Positions 42,732 to 52,400 of a DNA stretch of 64,000 nt are shown one piece after another. Both the position numbers and the translations under genes were made by a program. The first letter of the stretch is position 1. Each line of letters starts with the position of its first letter. The notes under the pieces were generated by a model, which saw only the letters and a program-made list of their open reading frames with translations, was not told the DNA's origin and searched no databases. Source of the stretch: an uncultured Gammaproteobacteria bacterium (GTDB lineage: Bacteria; Patescibacteriota; Patescibacteriia; Patescibacteriales; GWC2-42-12); the NCBI GenBank assembly GCA_964467155.1, contig CAYXNZ010000002.1, forward strand, positions 14,339 to 78,338, written 5' to 3'.

Positions 42732-43536
42732 TTAAGTTATCACTCGTTTGTAGAGTGTGACTATTTTCCGTTCAGTTTTGTTTAAGCTATCCATATTAGT
42801 AACTGAGCAAAAATAGCCATATAGTCCGTGAATTTTCTTCTTTAGTTCTGGGTCTTTTGTTTTTTTGTATTTCCACAGAAGACCGCGAAGTTTGTCGGTT
42901 TTACGGCGAGGACAAAATGTCCGACCGAGGGCTATACCTACTCCATTGATTACTACTGGACCTTTTTTAAAATCAACCACTTTAGAATCATGGTGATTCG
43001 GCTTAAGATTAACTGATTGGATTATTTTTCGTACCTTTCCTCTTATTCCTCTAGTGATAGGCGTATTAGAGGAAAAAAATAAATCGTCAGCGTATCGAGA
43101 GTATATGAGTCCGTATCGTTGACAAAGTTTTTTTGCTTCCAAGTCAATCGTATATCCGAGATAGATATTTAGTAGATCAGGGATAGACGGAAAACCCACC
43201 TTAAATTCGCCAGTTTTTCTGAAGCAGTTTTTTGCTAAAAAAATTTTTATTTCTGACTTTGTTCTGCCAACAAAAAAGGCTTTGAGGGTATAAAGGACTT
43301 CCGTCATTTGCTTTAAACTGATATTTGTGGAAGCACCTTTTATGTCCACCCAATAAATATACTGATTTTAATTGTGAATTCTGATGTTTGCGGTTGGCGA
43401 ACATCCCTTTTTGTATCCCGTTGCGTAAGGCAATCCATTTAAGTATACATTTGCTAATTGCCTCAAGAAGGCAATTAGAACTTTATGGATTAGACGGTCG
43501 TTTTCACTAAGGATTATAGATTTTTGCATTTTTCAA
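42732..43536 (-). pseudogene. decayed retron-type reverse transcriptase
   Basis: ATGYKKGCS..NIRIH, in-frame TAA at 43368-43370, VDIK, YSRYADDLFFS, VVINGV; probable extra frameshift near the start. Confidence 0.8.
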
Positions 43537-43568
43537 AGTTCGTTACCTCCTTTATTCTATTTTTGTAG

Positions 43569-43672
43569 TGGCAGATCGGACAAAACACAAGAGGGGATTA
43601 ATAGCCCGTGGCGTTAACCCTACGCTTCGCTTGAGCGGAGCGTAATTCAATTATCTTTGTCCGAATCTGCCA
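43569..43672 (-). ncRNA. putative retron msr-msd RNA
   Basis: terminal inverted repeats TGGCAGATCGGACAAA / TTTGTCCGAATCTGCCA enclosing two hairpins, immediately 5' of the RT. Confidence 0.68.
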
Positions 43673-43785
43673 TCATATTAAGTTAATACAATATTTTACA
43701 TTTGGCAAGTATTGACAAAAAAAGAATATTATTATAATTTATATGAGTAGCCAAAGGGCTATTTTAATTTAAACAATTTAATAAA

Positions 43786-43846
43786 TCTCTCATACTCTCT
43801 TTATTTTCCTTGTCCTAAATGTTTAGGATGAACTAGAGAGTAGAGG
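43786..43846 (+). promoter_or_regulatory. structured rpsB 5' leader
   Basis: TACTCTCT/AGAGAGTA stem with inner TCCTAAA/TTTAGGA hairpin just upstream of rpsB. Confidence 0.45.
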
Positions 43847-43862
43847 TAAAAAGGAAAAAAAT

Positions 43863-44552
43863 ATGGAAATACCAAGTATTGAGCAGATGCTTAAAGCAGG
43901 TATGCATTTTGGGCATCGTACAAGTAAGTGGCATCCAGGTATGGAGCCTTTTATTTTTACTTCAAGAAAAGGCGTTCACATTATTGACTTAACTAAGACG
44001 CAGAAAAAACTTGAAGAAGCATTAAACTATTTAAAAAAAATAGCTTCTGAGAACAAGCAGATTTTATTGGTCGGTACTAAGGTGCAGGTTAAAAAACCAT
44101 TAAAAAACGTAGCTGAAGAAGTTGGCATGCCTTACGTAGCTGAACGTTGGTTAGGTGGATTTTTAACTAATTTTGATGTAATCCGTGGATTAATCAGAAA
44201 ATATAAAGATTTGACTGAAAAGAAACAGGCTGGAAAATTAGAAAAATATACGAAGAAAGAGCAATTAAATTTTGATCGAGAAATCGCTAAACTAGAAACA
44301 AGCGTCGGCGGGTTAAAAAATTTAACCAAAGTGCCTGACGTTATTTTTATTTGGGATATTAAAAAAGAAAAGACTGCTTTAACCGAAGCAAAAAAGAAAA
44401 ATATTCCAGTTGTTGCTATTTGCGACACGAATGTTAATCCTAAAAATGTAAATTATATTATACCAGCTAATGATGACGCAACCAAAACTATTAAAATGGT
44501 TTTGAATTTAGTCAAAGAGGCAATTACTGAGGGTAAAAAAGAAGTAAAATAA
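43863..44552 (+). CDS. rpsB: 30S ribosomal protein S2
   Basis: AGMHFGH, RWLGGFLTNF, DTN, PANDDA. Confidence 0.99.
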   Translation: MEIPSIEQMLKAGMHFGHRTSKWHPGMEPFIFTSRKGVHIIDLTKTQKKLEEALNYLKKIASENKQILLVGTKVQVKKPLKNVAEEVGMPYVAERWLGGFLTNFDVIRGLIRKYKDLTEKKQAGKLEKYTKKEQLNFDREIAKLETSVGGLKNLTKVPDVIFIWDIKKEKTALTEAKKKNIPVVAICDTNVNPKNVNYIIPANDDATKTIKMVLNLVKEAITEGKKEVK

Positions 44553-44609
44553 TAAGGAGTTGGTGGGAATTTTAATAATTTCACGGTTTTCTCCCTAATC
44601 AATAAAAAT

Positions 44610-45407
44610 ATGGAACTTATCAAGAAATTACGCGATGCCACTGGTGCTGGCATTGTTGATTGTAAAAAAGCATTAGAAGAAGCAGGCGATGACATTGACA
44701 AAGCAATTGAAATTCTTAGAAAAAAAGGTATTGCCAAAGCTGCCAAGAGAGGTGGACGAGAAACTAGCCAAGGTATTATCAAATTAGCTGTTAGTGGTGA
44801 CGCCAAAGAAGGTTATTTGTTAGAAGTTAATGCTGAGACTGATTTTGTGGTACGTAATGAAAAATTTCAAGATTTTGCAGATGAAGTATTAAATTTAGTG
44901 AAGACCTTAAAATCCAAAGACAGGGAAGAATTAATGAAATTAGATTTAAATGGCGTGAGCGTGGAAGAAAGTTTGAAAAGTTTAAGTGGAGTTATTGGTG
45001 AAAAATTAGATATTAAAAGATGTGACGTTTTGTCTTCCGATGGTACAGTGGCGGTTTATTCTCATATGGGTGGAAAAATCGGTGTTTCAGTTTCTTTGGA
45101 CAAAGAAGGACAATCAGATTTGGCCTATGATATAGCTATGCAAATAGCGGCTACTGATCCAAAATACATTACACCTGACGAAGTACCAGCTGAAGAAATA
45201 GAAAAAGAAAAAGATATTTACCGTGAACAATTAAAAAAAGAAGGTAAACCAGAAGAAATGATTGAAAAAATATTAAACGGTAAAATCAATAAATATTTTG
45301 AAGACGTTTGTTTAGTTAAACAAGAATACATCAAAGATGATAAGAAGAAAGTTGAAGCAGTACTCGGTGATGTAAAAGTCGAAAAATTTATTAGATATAG
45401 TCTATAA
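44610..45407 (+). CDS. tsf: elongation factor Ts
   Basis: LRDATGAGIVDCKKAL, EVNAETDFV. Confidence 0.98.
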   Translation: MELIKKLRDATGAGIVDCKKALEEAGDDIDKAIEILRKKGIAKAAKRGGRETSQGIIKLAVSGDAKEGYLLEVNAETDFVVRNEKFQDFADEVLNLVKTLKSKDREELMKLDLNGVSVEESLKSLSGVIGEKLDIKRCDVLSSDGTVAVYSHMGGKIGVSVSLDKEGQSDLAYDIAMQIAATDPKYITPDEVPAEEIEKEKDIYREQLKKEGKPEEMIEKILNGKINKYFEDVCLVKQEYIKDDKKKVEAVLGDVKVEKFIRYSL

Positions 45408-45433
45408 TTTAAACCCAATAAGTTTTTATATTT

Positions 45434-46234
45434 ATGAAAGTGGTGCACATACAATTTAATCCGTGGGATAGAATTTATGATTTCGACTTAGGTGACTTTA
45501 GTCTATTAGTAGGAGATTCAGTGATAGTTAAAACTGAAATGGGGACAGAAATTGGCAAGGTAATTAGTTTCAAAAATTTATCTGAGGAAGAAATAGAAAC
45601 AAGACCAGAAATAAAGCCAGTTCTTCGTAAAGCCACTTCAATTGACATTGAAAAAATACCTGATGAAAAGCAGAAAAAAAGAGATTTGGAGTTTTGTAAA
45701 AAATCAGCTGTTAAACATGAATTACCGATGAAGCTAGTTGACATACATTATTCTTTTGACGGGGCACGAATAACTTTTGCTTTTATTGCTGACGGCCGAA
45801 TTGATTTTCGTGAATTAGTTAAAGACTTAACTAGGCATTTCAATAAGACAATTCGTTTACAACAAATAGGTATTCGCGATGAAGCAAAGCTCATGGGAGA
45901 TTTTGGTCATTGCGGACGACCATTATGTTGCGGCCAGTTTTTGGGAGATTTGGAATCAATTACATCAGAAATGGCTGAAGCACAACAATGTGTTCATCGA
46001 GGTAGCGAAAGAATTTCTGGTATTTGTGGTCGTTTAATGTGTTGTTTGGCCTTTGAAAATAAAGGCTATGAAGAAATGAGTAAGAAATTACCAGCTGTTG
46101 GAGAAAAGATTAATTACCAAGGTAAAAAATGTGCTGTACTTGCACAACATATTTTGAAACAAACAGTCAGTGTAGAATCAACAGGAGACAATGGTGATAG
46201 GGTAGTAATTGAAGTTGATATGAAGGATAAGTAA
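45434..46234 (+). CDS. PSP1-domain protein (YaaT/RicT family)
   Basis: ADGRIDFRELVKDL, QIGIRDEAK, CGRPLCC, SGICGRLMCCL. Confidence 0.93.
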   Translation: MKVVHIQFNPWDRIYDFDLGDFSLLVGDSVIVKTEMGTEIGKVISFKNLSEEEIETRPEIKPVLRKATSIDIEKIPDEKQKKRDLEFCKKSAVKHELPMKLVDIHYSFDGARITFAFIADGRIDFRELVKDLTRHFNKTIRLQQIGIRDEAKLMGDFGHCGRPLCCGQFLGDLESITSEMAEAQQCVHRGSERISGICGRLMCCLAFENKGYEEMSKKLPAVGEKINYQGKKCAVLAQHILKQTVSVESTGDNGDRVVIEVDMKDK

Positions 46235-46257
46235 TTTTTTTATATTTTAGATATTTA

Positions 46258-46292
46258 AGACCGCTTTTTCGAAAGAAACAGCGGTCTTTTTG
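46258..46292 (+). terminator. intrinsic terminator
   Basis: AGACCGC...GCGGTCT followed by T run. Confidence 0.7.
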
Positions 46293-46369
46293 TATAAAAA
46301 TTTATTGATCTAAATGTGTTTTATGTTTAATAGTATAATTTTGGTTTATATTATAACATTTTTTGTTAA

Positions 46370-46552
46370 TGCGTTGCCACGCAGGCCTACTTTTTGTAAC
46401 TCCGCCAGTATGGGCGGACAGGCGCCAAGTAACCAAACCTGCCTGCCGGTAGGCAGGAAGTTTTGGGGTGCTTTATTCCCCGCCAGTCGGCGGGGTAAAC
46501 GCTACTAAGCTCAGGCCTGTCCCGCAGTATTGCGGGAACGCACCCCAAACCC
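46370..46552. repeat. intergenic cluster of nested GC-rich palindromic elements
   Basis: TCCGCC..GGCGGACAGG, CCTGCCTGCCGGTAGGCAGG, CCCCGCC..GGCGGGG, CCTGTCCCGCA..TGCGGGA, outer TTTGGGGTGC/GCACCCCAAA. Confidence 0.8.
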
Positions 46553-46797
46553 CAACTTACCATAAAAATTATAGGTAGTTCTAAAATTATTTTACCTAAT
46601 TTAGGTGTCCTTTTGTATTAAATTAAGCTTGGGAGTAGAATGTAGCATGTTACTATTGACAAAATATTGAAAGAATTAGCGGTTTTTTGGTGCGAAAGAC
46701 CGCTTTTGCTTGACAAAATATTAAAAGTATGCTATAGTTTTATATTGATCTTTTAATAATAAAAATAGATAGATAAAAACTTTAAGGAGGTTTTACC

Positions 46798-47082
46798 ATG
46801 AAGAAAGTTTTATTTTTAGCAGTTATTGTTTTGACATTAGTGGTCGTCAACCCGGTTTTTGCAAACGAGGGCGTTGACTTTGAGGACTTGCCGGAGAATA
46901 TCACTGTTTCAGCAGTATATTTTCTGGATGGAGACATTGTTTTTGTGCAGAAAGACGTTGGTACCGTCCAGTCGTGTTCTGCACCAACAAAATACAGAAT
47001 GACGGAATGCGGTAATACTATGATATTATCGCAATTACCCCAAAATGGTGGCAAAGTAGTCAGAATACATTTCAAAAGATAA
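46798..47082 (+). CDS. small secreted hypothetical protein
   Basis: promoter TTGACA-17-TATAGT (46710-46738), SD TAAGGAGG, signal peptide ending VFA, terminator after stop. Confidence 0.8.
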   Translation: MKKVLFLAVIVLTLVVVNPVFANEGVDFEDLPENITVSAVYFLDGDIVFVQKDVGTVQSCSAPTKYRMTECGNTMILSQLPQNGGKVVRIHFKR

Positions 47083-47198
47083 ATAGAAATGATCTTGGCT
47101 AAGGCGGGATTCGACTCTACATCGAATACCCGCTTTTTTATTTTCTAAAAAAATTGTGCTATAATTATGTTATAAATTTAATAATTAATAATATAAAT

Positions 47199-48212
47199 AT
47201 GAATATTGTTATCAATGGGTTCGGAAGAATCGGCCGAGCGGCTTTTAAAGTATTACTTGAGAAAAAAGGTGATTTTAAAATTGTCGCCATTAACGATTTA
47301 ACCGACACAAAAACTTTAGCGCATCTTTTTCGTTTTGATACTTGCTATGGAGAATATGAAAAAGCAGTTGACTATACTACTGATAGTTTAATTATTGGTA
47401 ATAAGAAATTCAAAATTTTAGCTGAGAAAGACCCAAGTCAATTACCGTGGCGTGAAATGGATGTTGATATAGTTTTGGAATGCACTGGCCGATTCAGAAC
47501 AAAAGAAGAAGCTAATTTGCATATCAAAGCAGGAGCGAAAAAAGTTATTATTAGTGCGCCAGACAAAGGAGAAAAAGAAATAAAAAATATAGTCTTGAGT
47601 GTTAATGAAGATAAAATTAAAAAGACTGACAAAATTTTATCAATGGCATCGTGTACGACAAATTGTCTTGCGCCAGTAACAGATATTATCAGGCAGAATT
47701 TTGGTATCAAGAAAGCAATCATGACGACTATTCATTCATATACATCTGATCAGAATATTGTCGATGGTCCACATAAAGATTTACGCCGGGCACGAGCAGC
47801 AGGAGTTAACATTGTGCCAACAACCACTGGGGCAGCAATTGCTACAACAAAAACAATTCCACAACTAAAGGGGAAATTTGATGGTATGGCAGTGAGAGTA
47901 CCAACTGTTGTCGGGTCATTATGTGATATAGTTTTTATCACCAATAAAAAAGTTGATGAAAAAATGGTGAATCAAGCGTTCAAAAAAGCTGTTCGTGGAG
48001 CTCGTTATAAGGGGGTAGTAGATGCAACAGACGAACCTCTAGTTTCTTCAGACTATATTGGTCATCCAGCTAGCGCTATTGTTGATTTGTCTCTAACAAA
48101 AGTAGTTGACGGTGATTTGGTTAAGGTAATTGCTTGGTATGACAACGAATGGGGCTATTCAAATCGTTTAGCAGATTTGTGTGAACATTTGGGCAACAAA
48201 AAATTAATCTAA
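47199..48212 (+). CDS. gap: glyceraldehyde-3-phosphate dehydrogenase type I
   Basis: INGFGRIGR, ASCTTNCLAP, WYDNEWGYS. Confidence 0.99.
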   Translation: MNIVINGFGRIGRAAFKVLLEKKGDFKIVAINDLTDTKTLAHLFRFDTCYGEYEKAVDYTTDSLIIGNKKFKILAEKDPSQLPWREMDVDIVLECTGRFRTKEEANLHIKAGAKKVIISAPDKGEKEIKNIVLSVNEDKIKKTDKILSMASCTTNCLAPVTDIIRQNFGIKKAIMTTIHSYTSDQNIVDGPHKDLRRARAAGVNIVPTTTGAAIATTKTIPQLKGKFDGMAVRVPTVVGSLCDIVFITNKKVDEKMVNQAFKKAVRGARYKGVVDATDEPLVSSDYIGHPASAIVDLSLTKVVDGDLVKVIAWYDNEWGYSNRLADLCEHLGNKKLI

Positions 48213-48283
48213 TTTTTCTATATACAAAATGCTCAAGGAGGAGTGAAAACAATCCTAAAATATTCGGGATTGTTTTTGTCTAG

Positions 48284-48460
48284 CCCCCTCTCTAGCCCTC
48301 CAATCCGGCGGGCAGGCCTCCTCTGTTCTCCCGAGCACTCGGGATCACGGGAGAGGGAATTTACCCCCTCCCTAGCCCTCCCCCGTTCGTTCCTCACGGG
48401 AGAGGGAATTAACCCCCTCCCTAGCCCTCCCCCGTTCGTTCCTCACGGGAGAGGGAATTA
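48284..48460 (+). repeat. three tandem REP-like units (two identical 49-mers, one with nested insertions)
   Basis: ACCCCCTCCCTAGCCCTCCCCCGTTCGTTCCTCACGGGAGAGGGAATTA at 48363-48411 and 48412-48460. Confidence 0.92.
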
Positions 48461-48479
48461 ATATAAAGAAGATAATTAA

Positions 48480-48824
48480 ATGAGTAAAAAGGTAAAAATA
48501 CAGTTGGCTCGTGAATTTAGGAAAAGTCCCACAAAATCAGAAAAAATTATGTGGGATGAATTAAGAAGAAATAATTTTTTAAAGTTAAATTTTAGAAGAC
48601 AGCATTTGATTGAAGGTTTTGTAGTTGATTTTTATTGCCACAAATTAAAATTAATTATAGAGATAGACGGTAATATACATGAATATCAACAAGACGAAGA
48701 CGAAGAAAGACAAAAAATAATAGAGCAAAAAGGAAATGTATTTTATAGGATAAAGAGTCAAGACGTAGAAAACAATATAGAAAATATTTTAAGCAAATTG
48801 ATTGATTTTATTAATTTTATATAA
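48480..48824 (+). CDS. DUF559 / Vsr-like endonuclease
   Basis: AREFRK.PT.SE..MW..LR, FRRQH, VVDFYC, IIEIDG.IH. Confidence 0.92.
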   Translation: MSKKVKIQLAREFRKSPTKSEKIMWDELRRNNFLKLNFRRQHLIEGFVVDFYCHKLKLIIEIDGNIHEYQQDEDEERQKIIEQKGNVFYRIKSQDVENNIENILSKLIDFINFI

Positions 48825-48877
48825 CTCCCTCTCCTGCCCGCCGAATCGGCGAGGCGGGGGAGGGTTGGGGAGGGGGT
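48825..48877 (-). repeat. inverted REP-like unit downstream of the DUF559-like gene
   Basis: CTCCCTCTCC...GGGGGAGGGTTGGGGAGGGGGT is an approximate reverse complement of the upstream units. Confidence 0.85.
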
Positions 48878-48931
48878 AAATTATGAAAAATTTGCTATAA
48901 TAAAAGTAAATAATTTTTTAAAATAAAAACC

Positions 48932-49402
48932 ATGAAAAAAATCTTAATTATTGTTGGTAGTATTTTGGGTGCTATTTTGGTTGTTGGGATAATTTTTTTA
49001 ATTCAGACGAGAGTAATGATTAACAGGGGTCAACTAATAAAATGGGAGGGGGAGATATATACACAAGCAGAGTTTAGAGAAAAATTTCCGCCAGAAGGTA
49101 CGGAAGTGCCAGCAAAAAACACACCAGAAGATGTTTATGAGACTTTCAGACAGGCGTTATTAAATAGCGATATTGAAACTGCTTTATTGCAAATCAGAGA
49201 AGAAAAGAGAAACGAATATCAAATTGCTTTTGAGAATGTGCAGAAATTAGGTGAATGGGTTAAAATTTTGCCCATAGAAATAATAGAAGAAAGAGTAGAT
49301 GGCAATTTTGCTTATTACGATATTGATTACAGCACGGAATATAAAAATTCGATTACTTTTATTAAAAACCAAGAAGGTTATTGGCAAATAGATATAATTT
49401 AA
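48932..49402 (+). CDS. membrane-anchored hypothetical protein
   Basis: N-terminal TM; TPEDVYETFRQAL...GYWQI (NTF2-like pattern). Confidence 0.75.
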   Translation: MKKILIIVGSILGAILVVGIIFLIQTRVMINRGQLIKWEGEIYTQAEFREKFPPEGTEVPAKNTPEDVYETFRQALLNSDIETALLQIREEKRNEYQIAFENVQKLGEWVKILPIEIIEERVDGNFAYYDIDYSTEYKNSITFIKNQEGYWQIDII

Positions 49403-49412
49403 TTTTAAAAAT

Positions 49413-52400
49413 ATGTTTACAAGAAGGAGGCTTGTTTTTTTATTGTGTTTTTCTTTTTTATTTTTTGCGGTTTGTGTTTTGTCTTATGACAATTTGATTA
49501 CTCATCCGAAGCTAACAGAATCAGCAATTAATATTTACGAGCAGGAAGCTGGTAAATATTTAAATTATCAACAAACAAATTGGATTATTAAAGGTTCAAT
49601 TGATGAAGACAATGATCCGCGGTATTTAAACCATTTTTATAACCCACAAACTGGGCGAGGGCTAAACGATGGTTGGTTTCATGGTCAATCAGCTAAAAAT
49701 TGGGCATTTTCTCAAGATAGTGCTACTGGCGATTATTCAGTTGGCGCTATTTTTAATAATTATAGAAACGGTGATTTAATGCGTGCTTATCAGGGTATTG
49801 GCCATATTTTACATTTAATTCAGGATATGAGCGTGCCGGCACATGTTAGAAATGATGCTCATCCAAGCGGCGACCCGTTTGAAGAATGGGCAGAACATTA
49901 TGGGACAATAAACGCTGACAAAATACAAAAAATAAATATCAATAGTATAGAAAATGTTTTTGATGATTTAGCTTTTTTTACTAGTAATAATTTTTTTAGT
50001 AAAGATACAATTGTAATTGAAGAATTGGATAAATATAAAATAGATGAGGAACTAATTGACAACAGAAAAAGGTTTTATTTGATTAATAAAATAGATAAAC
50101 AAGAATATAAATTAGTATATTCAAAAAATCCAGATTCCATAATGCCAGTTTTTCAAATTGATGATGATTTTAAATTAAATCTTGACTATTGGAATATGCT
50201 TTATCCAAAAGCAGTTGGGTATAGCGCGGGCGTGATTGAATATTTTATTAAAGAATTTAAAAAGATAGATCAAGAGAAAAATGAAACAACAATAAGTTTA
50301 TGGCAAAAGATAAAAAATAGCACAAACAATCTTTCTTCAGATTTAGCTTATACGTGGGGCGATACTTTTATTGATAGTAGGATTAGATTAGATAATATTT
50401 TAGCAAGTGCGTTTAGTGGATATACTAAAAGTCAACAAGGATTTGAATTTTTTGCTGAAGCTAATAGAGAAATTTTAACTGATTTAAGTCAAAGGAGTGT
50501 AAATATTGCTCAAAATTTGTCTGGCAAGGTATTATCGGCAGAGGATACCATTTCAAAACAACAGATTCAGACAAAAATAGAAACAGAAGTGATTCAAGAT
50601 TTGAAAAAAAATAATCCAGATGTGGCCAGAGTGATTGATGGCGATACAATTGAATTAACTACTGGTGAAAAAGTTCGTTATATTGGCATTGATACACCAG
50701 AATTAAACAGCGAAGGATCAGATGACGATGAATGTTTAGCTTGGCTAGCCAGATTAAGAAATATGGAGCTTTTAAGCATGGGCGAGTTAAAATTAGTAGA
50801 AGATTCAACTGCCAAGACAGATAAATACGGCAGATTATTGCGTTATGTTTATATAAACAATTTGTTCGTTAATGACGTATTAGTTAAAGAAGGATTAGCT
50901 GAAATATTTTTTTGCCAACCAGGCTGGGAAAATTGTCCAGTAACAACAGATAAAAATAAAGAGAATATAATCAAAGCTTCAAACCAAGAAGCTAAAAATA
51001 ATGCTAGAGGAATTTATTCTGGCGTTTGCGATAAGGAAGATGAGCCTGAAAAAGAAATTATTAAAAAATTTGAAGATAAAATTGAAGAAAAAATAATCTT
51101 GGAAGAAAAATTTATAGAAAATAATACAGCTAGCACGTCAACGTCAACAATGATGCAATTACCTCTTGTTTGCGCGCCAGCTCATAATAATGATTCAGAT
51201 AACACAAATGTTGTTGTTTCAGAGATAGCGAATTTTTCTGTTTTTGATATAACTTCAAGTAGTACTAATATTATTGCCAGTACTACCGTTGGATTAAGTT
51301 ATACAATTAGCAATCAGGAAGCAGTCGAAGGATATTTTTTGTCAGAAGCTTCTACAACACCCGCAATTGACGATGCTAGTTGGGAAACTACTGCGCCAAG
51401 TCAATTTGTTTTATCAAGTAGCGATGGTAAAAAAATAATTTATTTTTGGTTAAAATATAATAGTGATAATATAACAAATTTTGTCAGTTCAACAATTATT
51501 CTAGATACAACAGCGCCGACAATGCCAATGATTACTAGCATAGAACCGTTAAGTGATATTTATTGGGTAAATACTAGTGAAGTTTTGTTAAGCGGAGAAA
51601 AAGAAATTGGAGTTGATGCGATTTTGATAAATGGTGTAGCATATAGTGCGACCAGCAGTGAAGAAACATGGAATGTTAATTATACTTTTGATTTTATTTG
51701 TTCTGACTCAAGCTCCTGGGGTAATTTAGTTGCTTATGATTGTATGACTGAATATTGCAATGGACATAAAGAAGAATGCGATGGTTTGAGTGATGAAGAG
51801 ATGAGAGTATTTTTTTATGAAAGAGAATTGATTTTAAAAGCGAAAAATGAAGCAGGTAATTATTCAGAAGAAGCTGAAAAAGTTTTTAGATTGGATAATT
51901 TTTTGCCAAAAATTTGGGGAGCATTATCAACTAAATCAATTCCCAGTAGTTTTGTGTATTTTTATATGTCAAATTTAGAAGATTTTATGTCGGATTTATT
52001 GTTTTTTAATTCCGGTGTGAGCGGGTATGAGTTTGAATATAAATTTAATGATTCAGAAGATTGGGTTGTTGGAGAAATTGTCGAGGTTAATTATCCTAAC
52101 GCGACTCTTCGGGCAGTATTGTCAGATGAAGGTAATTTTGATTTACGTTTTAGAATGCTTGATTTTGCTGGTAATGTTGGCGAGTGGTACGAAGGTTTGA
52201 CGGCGGAAGTTAATTTTTATCCGGTAATTAGCGAAATTTATATGGATGAAATTAATAGTGGCAGTGAATGGATAGAGCTTTATAATCCATCGGTCAGTGA
52301 TATTGATATCGGTGGCTGGGTAATTGATACCAAAGCAGACGAAGAGGCCGACGTTACTTTGCCAGATGACGCGATAATTCCGGCTTATGGATTTTATTTT

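Noticed and set aside
42732-43536. Group II intron or second DGR interpretation of the second RT; alternative genetic code
   Set aside because: No maturase domain, intron domain V or TR/VR pair seen; the interrupting codon is TAA, which terminates most genes in this window.
46314-46508. 64-aa ORF
   Set aside because: Runs through the palindrome cluster; no coding signals.
48284-48460. Possible CRISPR array
   Set aside because: Units are directly tandem without unique spacers and no cas genes are present.
48243-48461. 72-aa Pro-rich ORF
   Set aside because: Translation of the tandem repeats.
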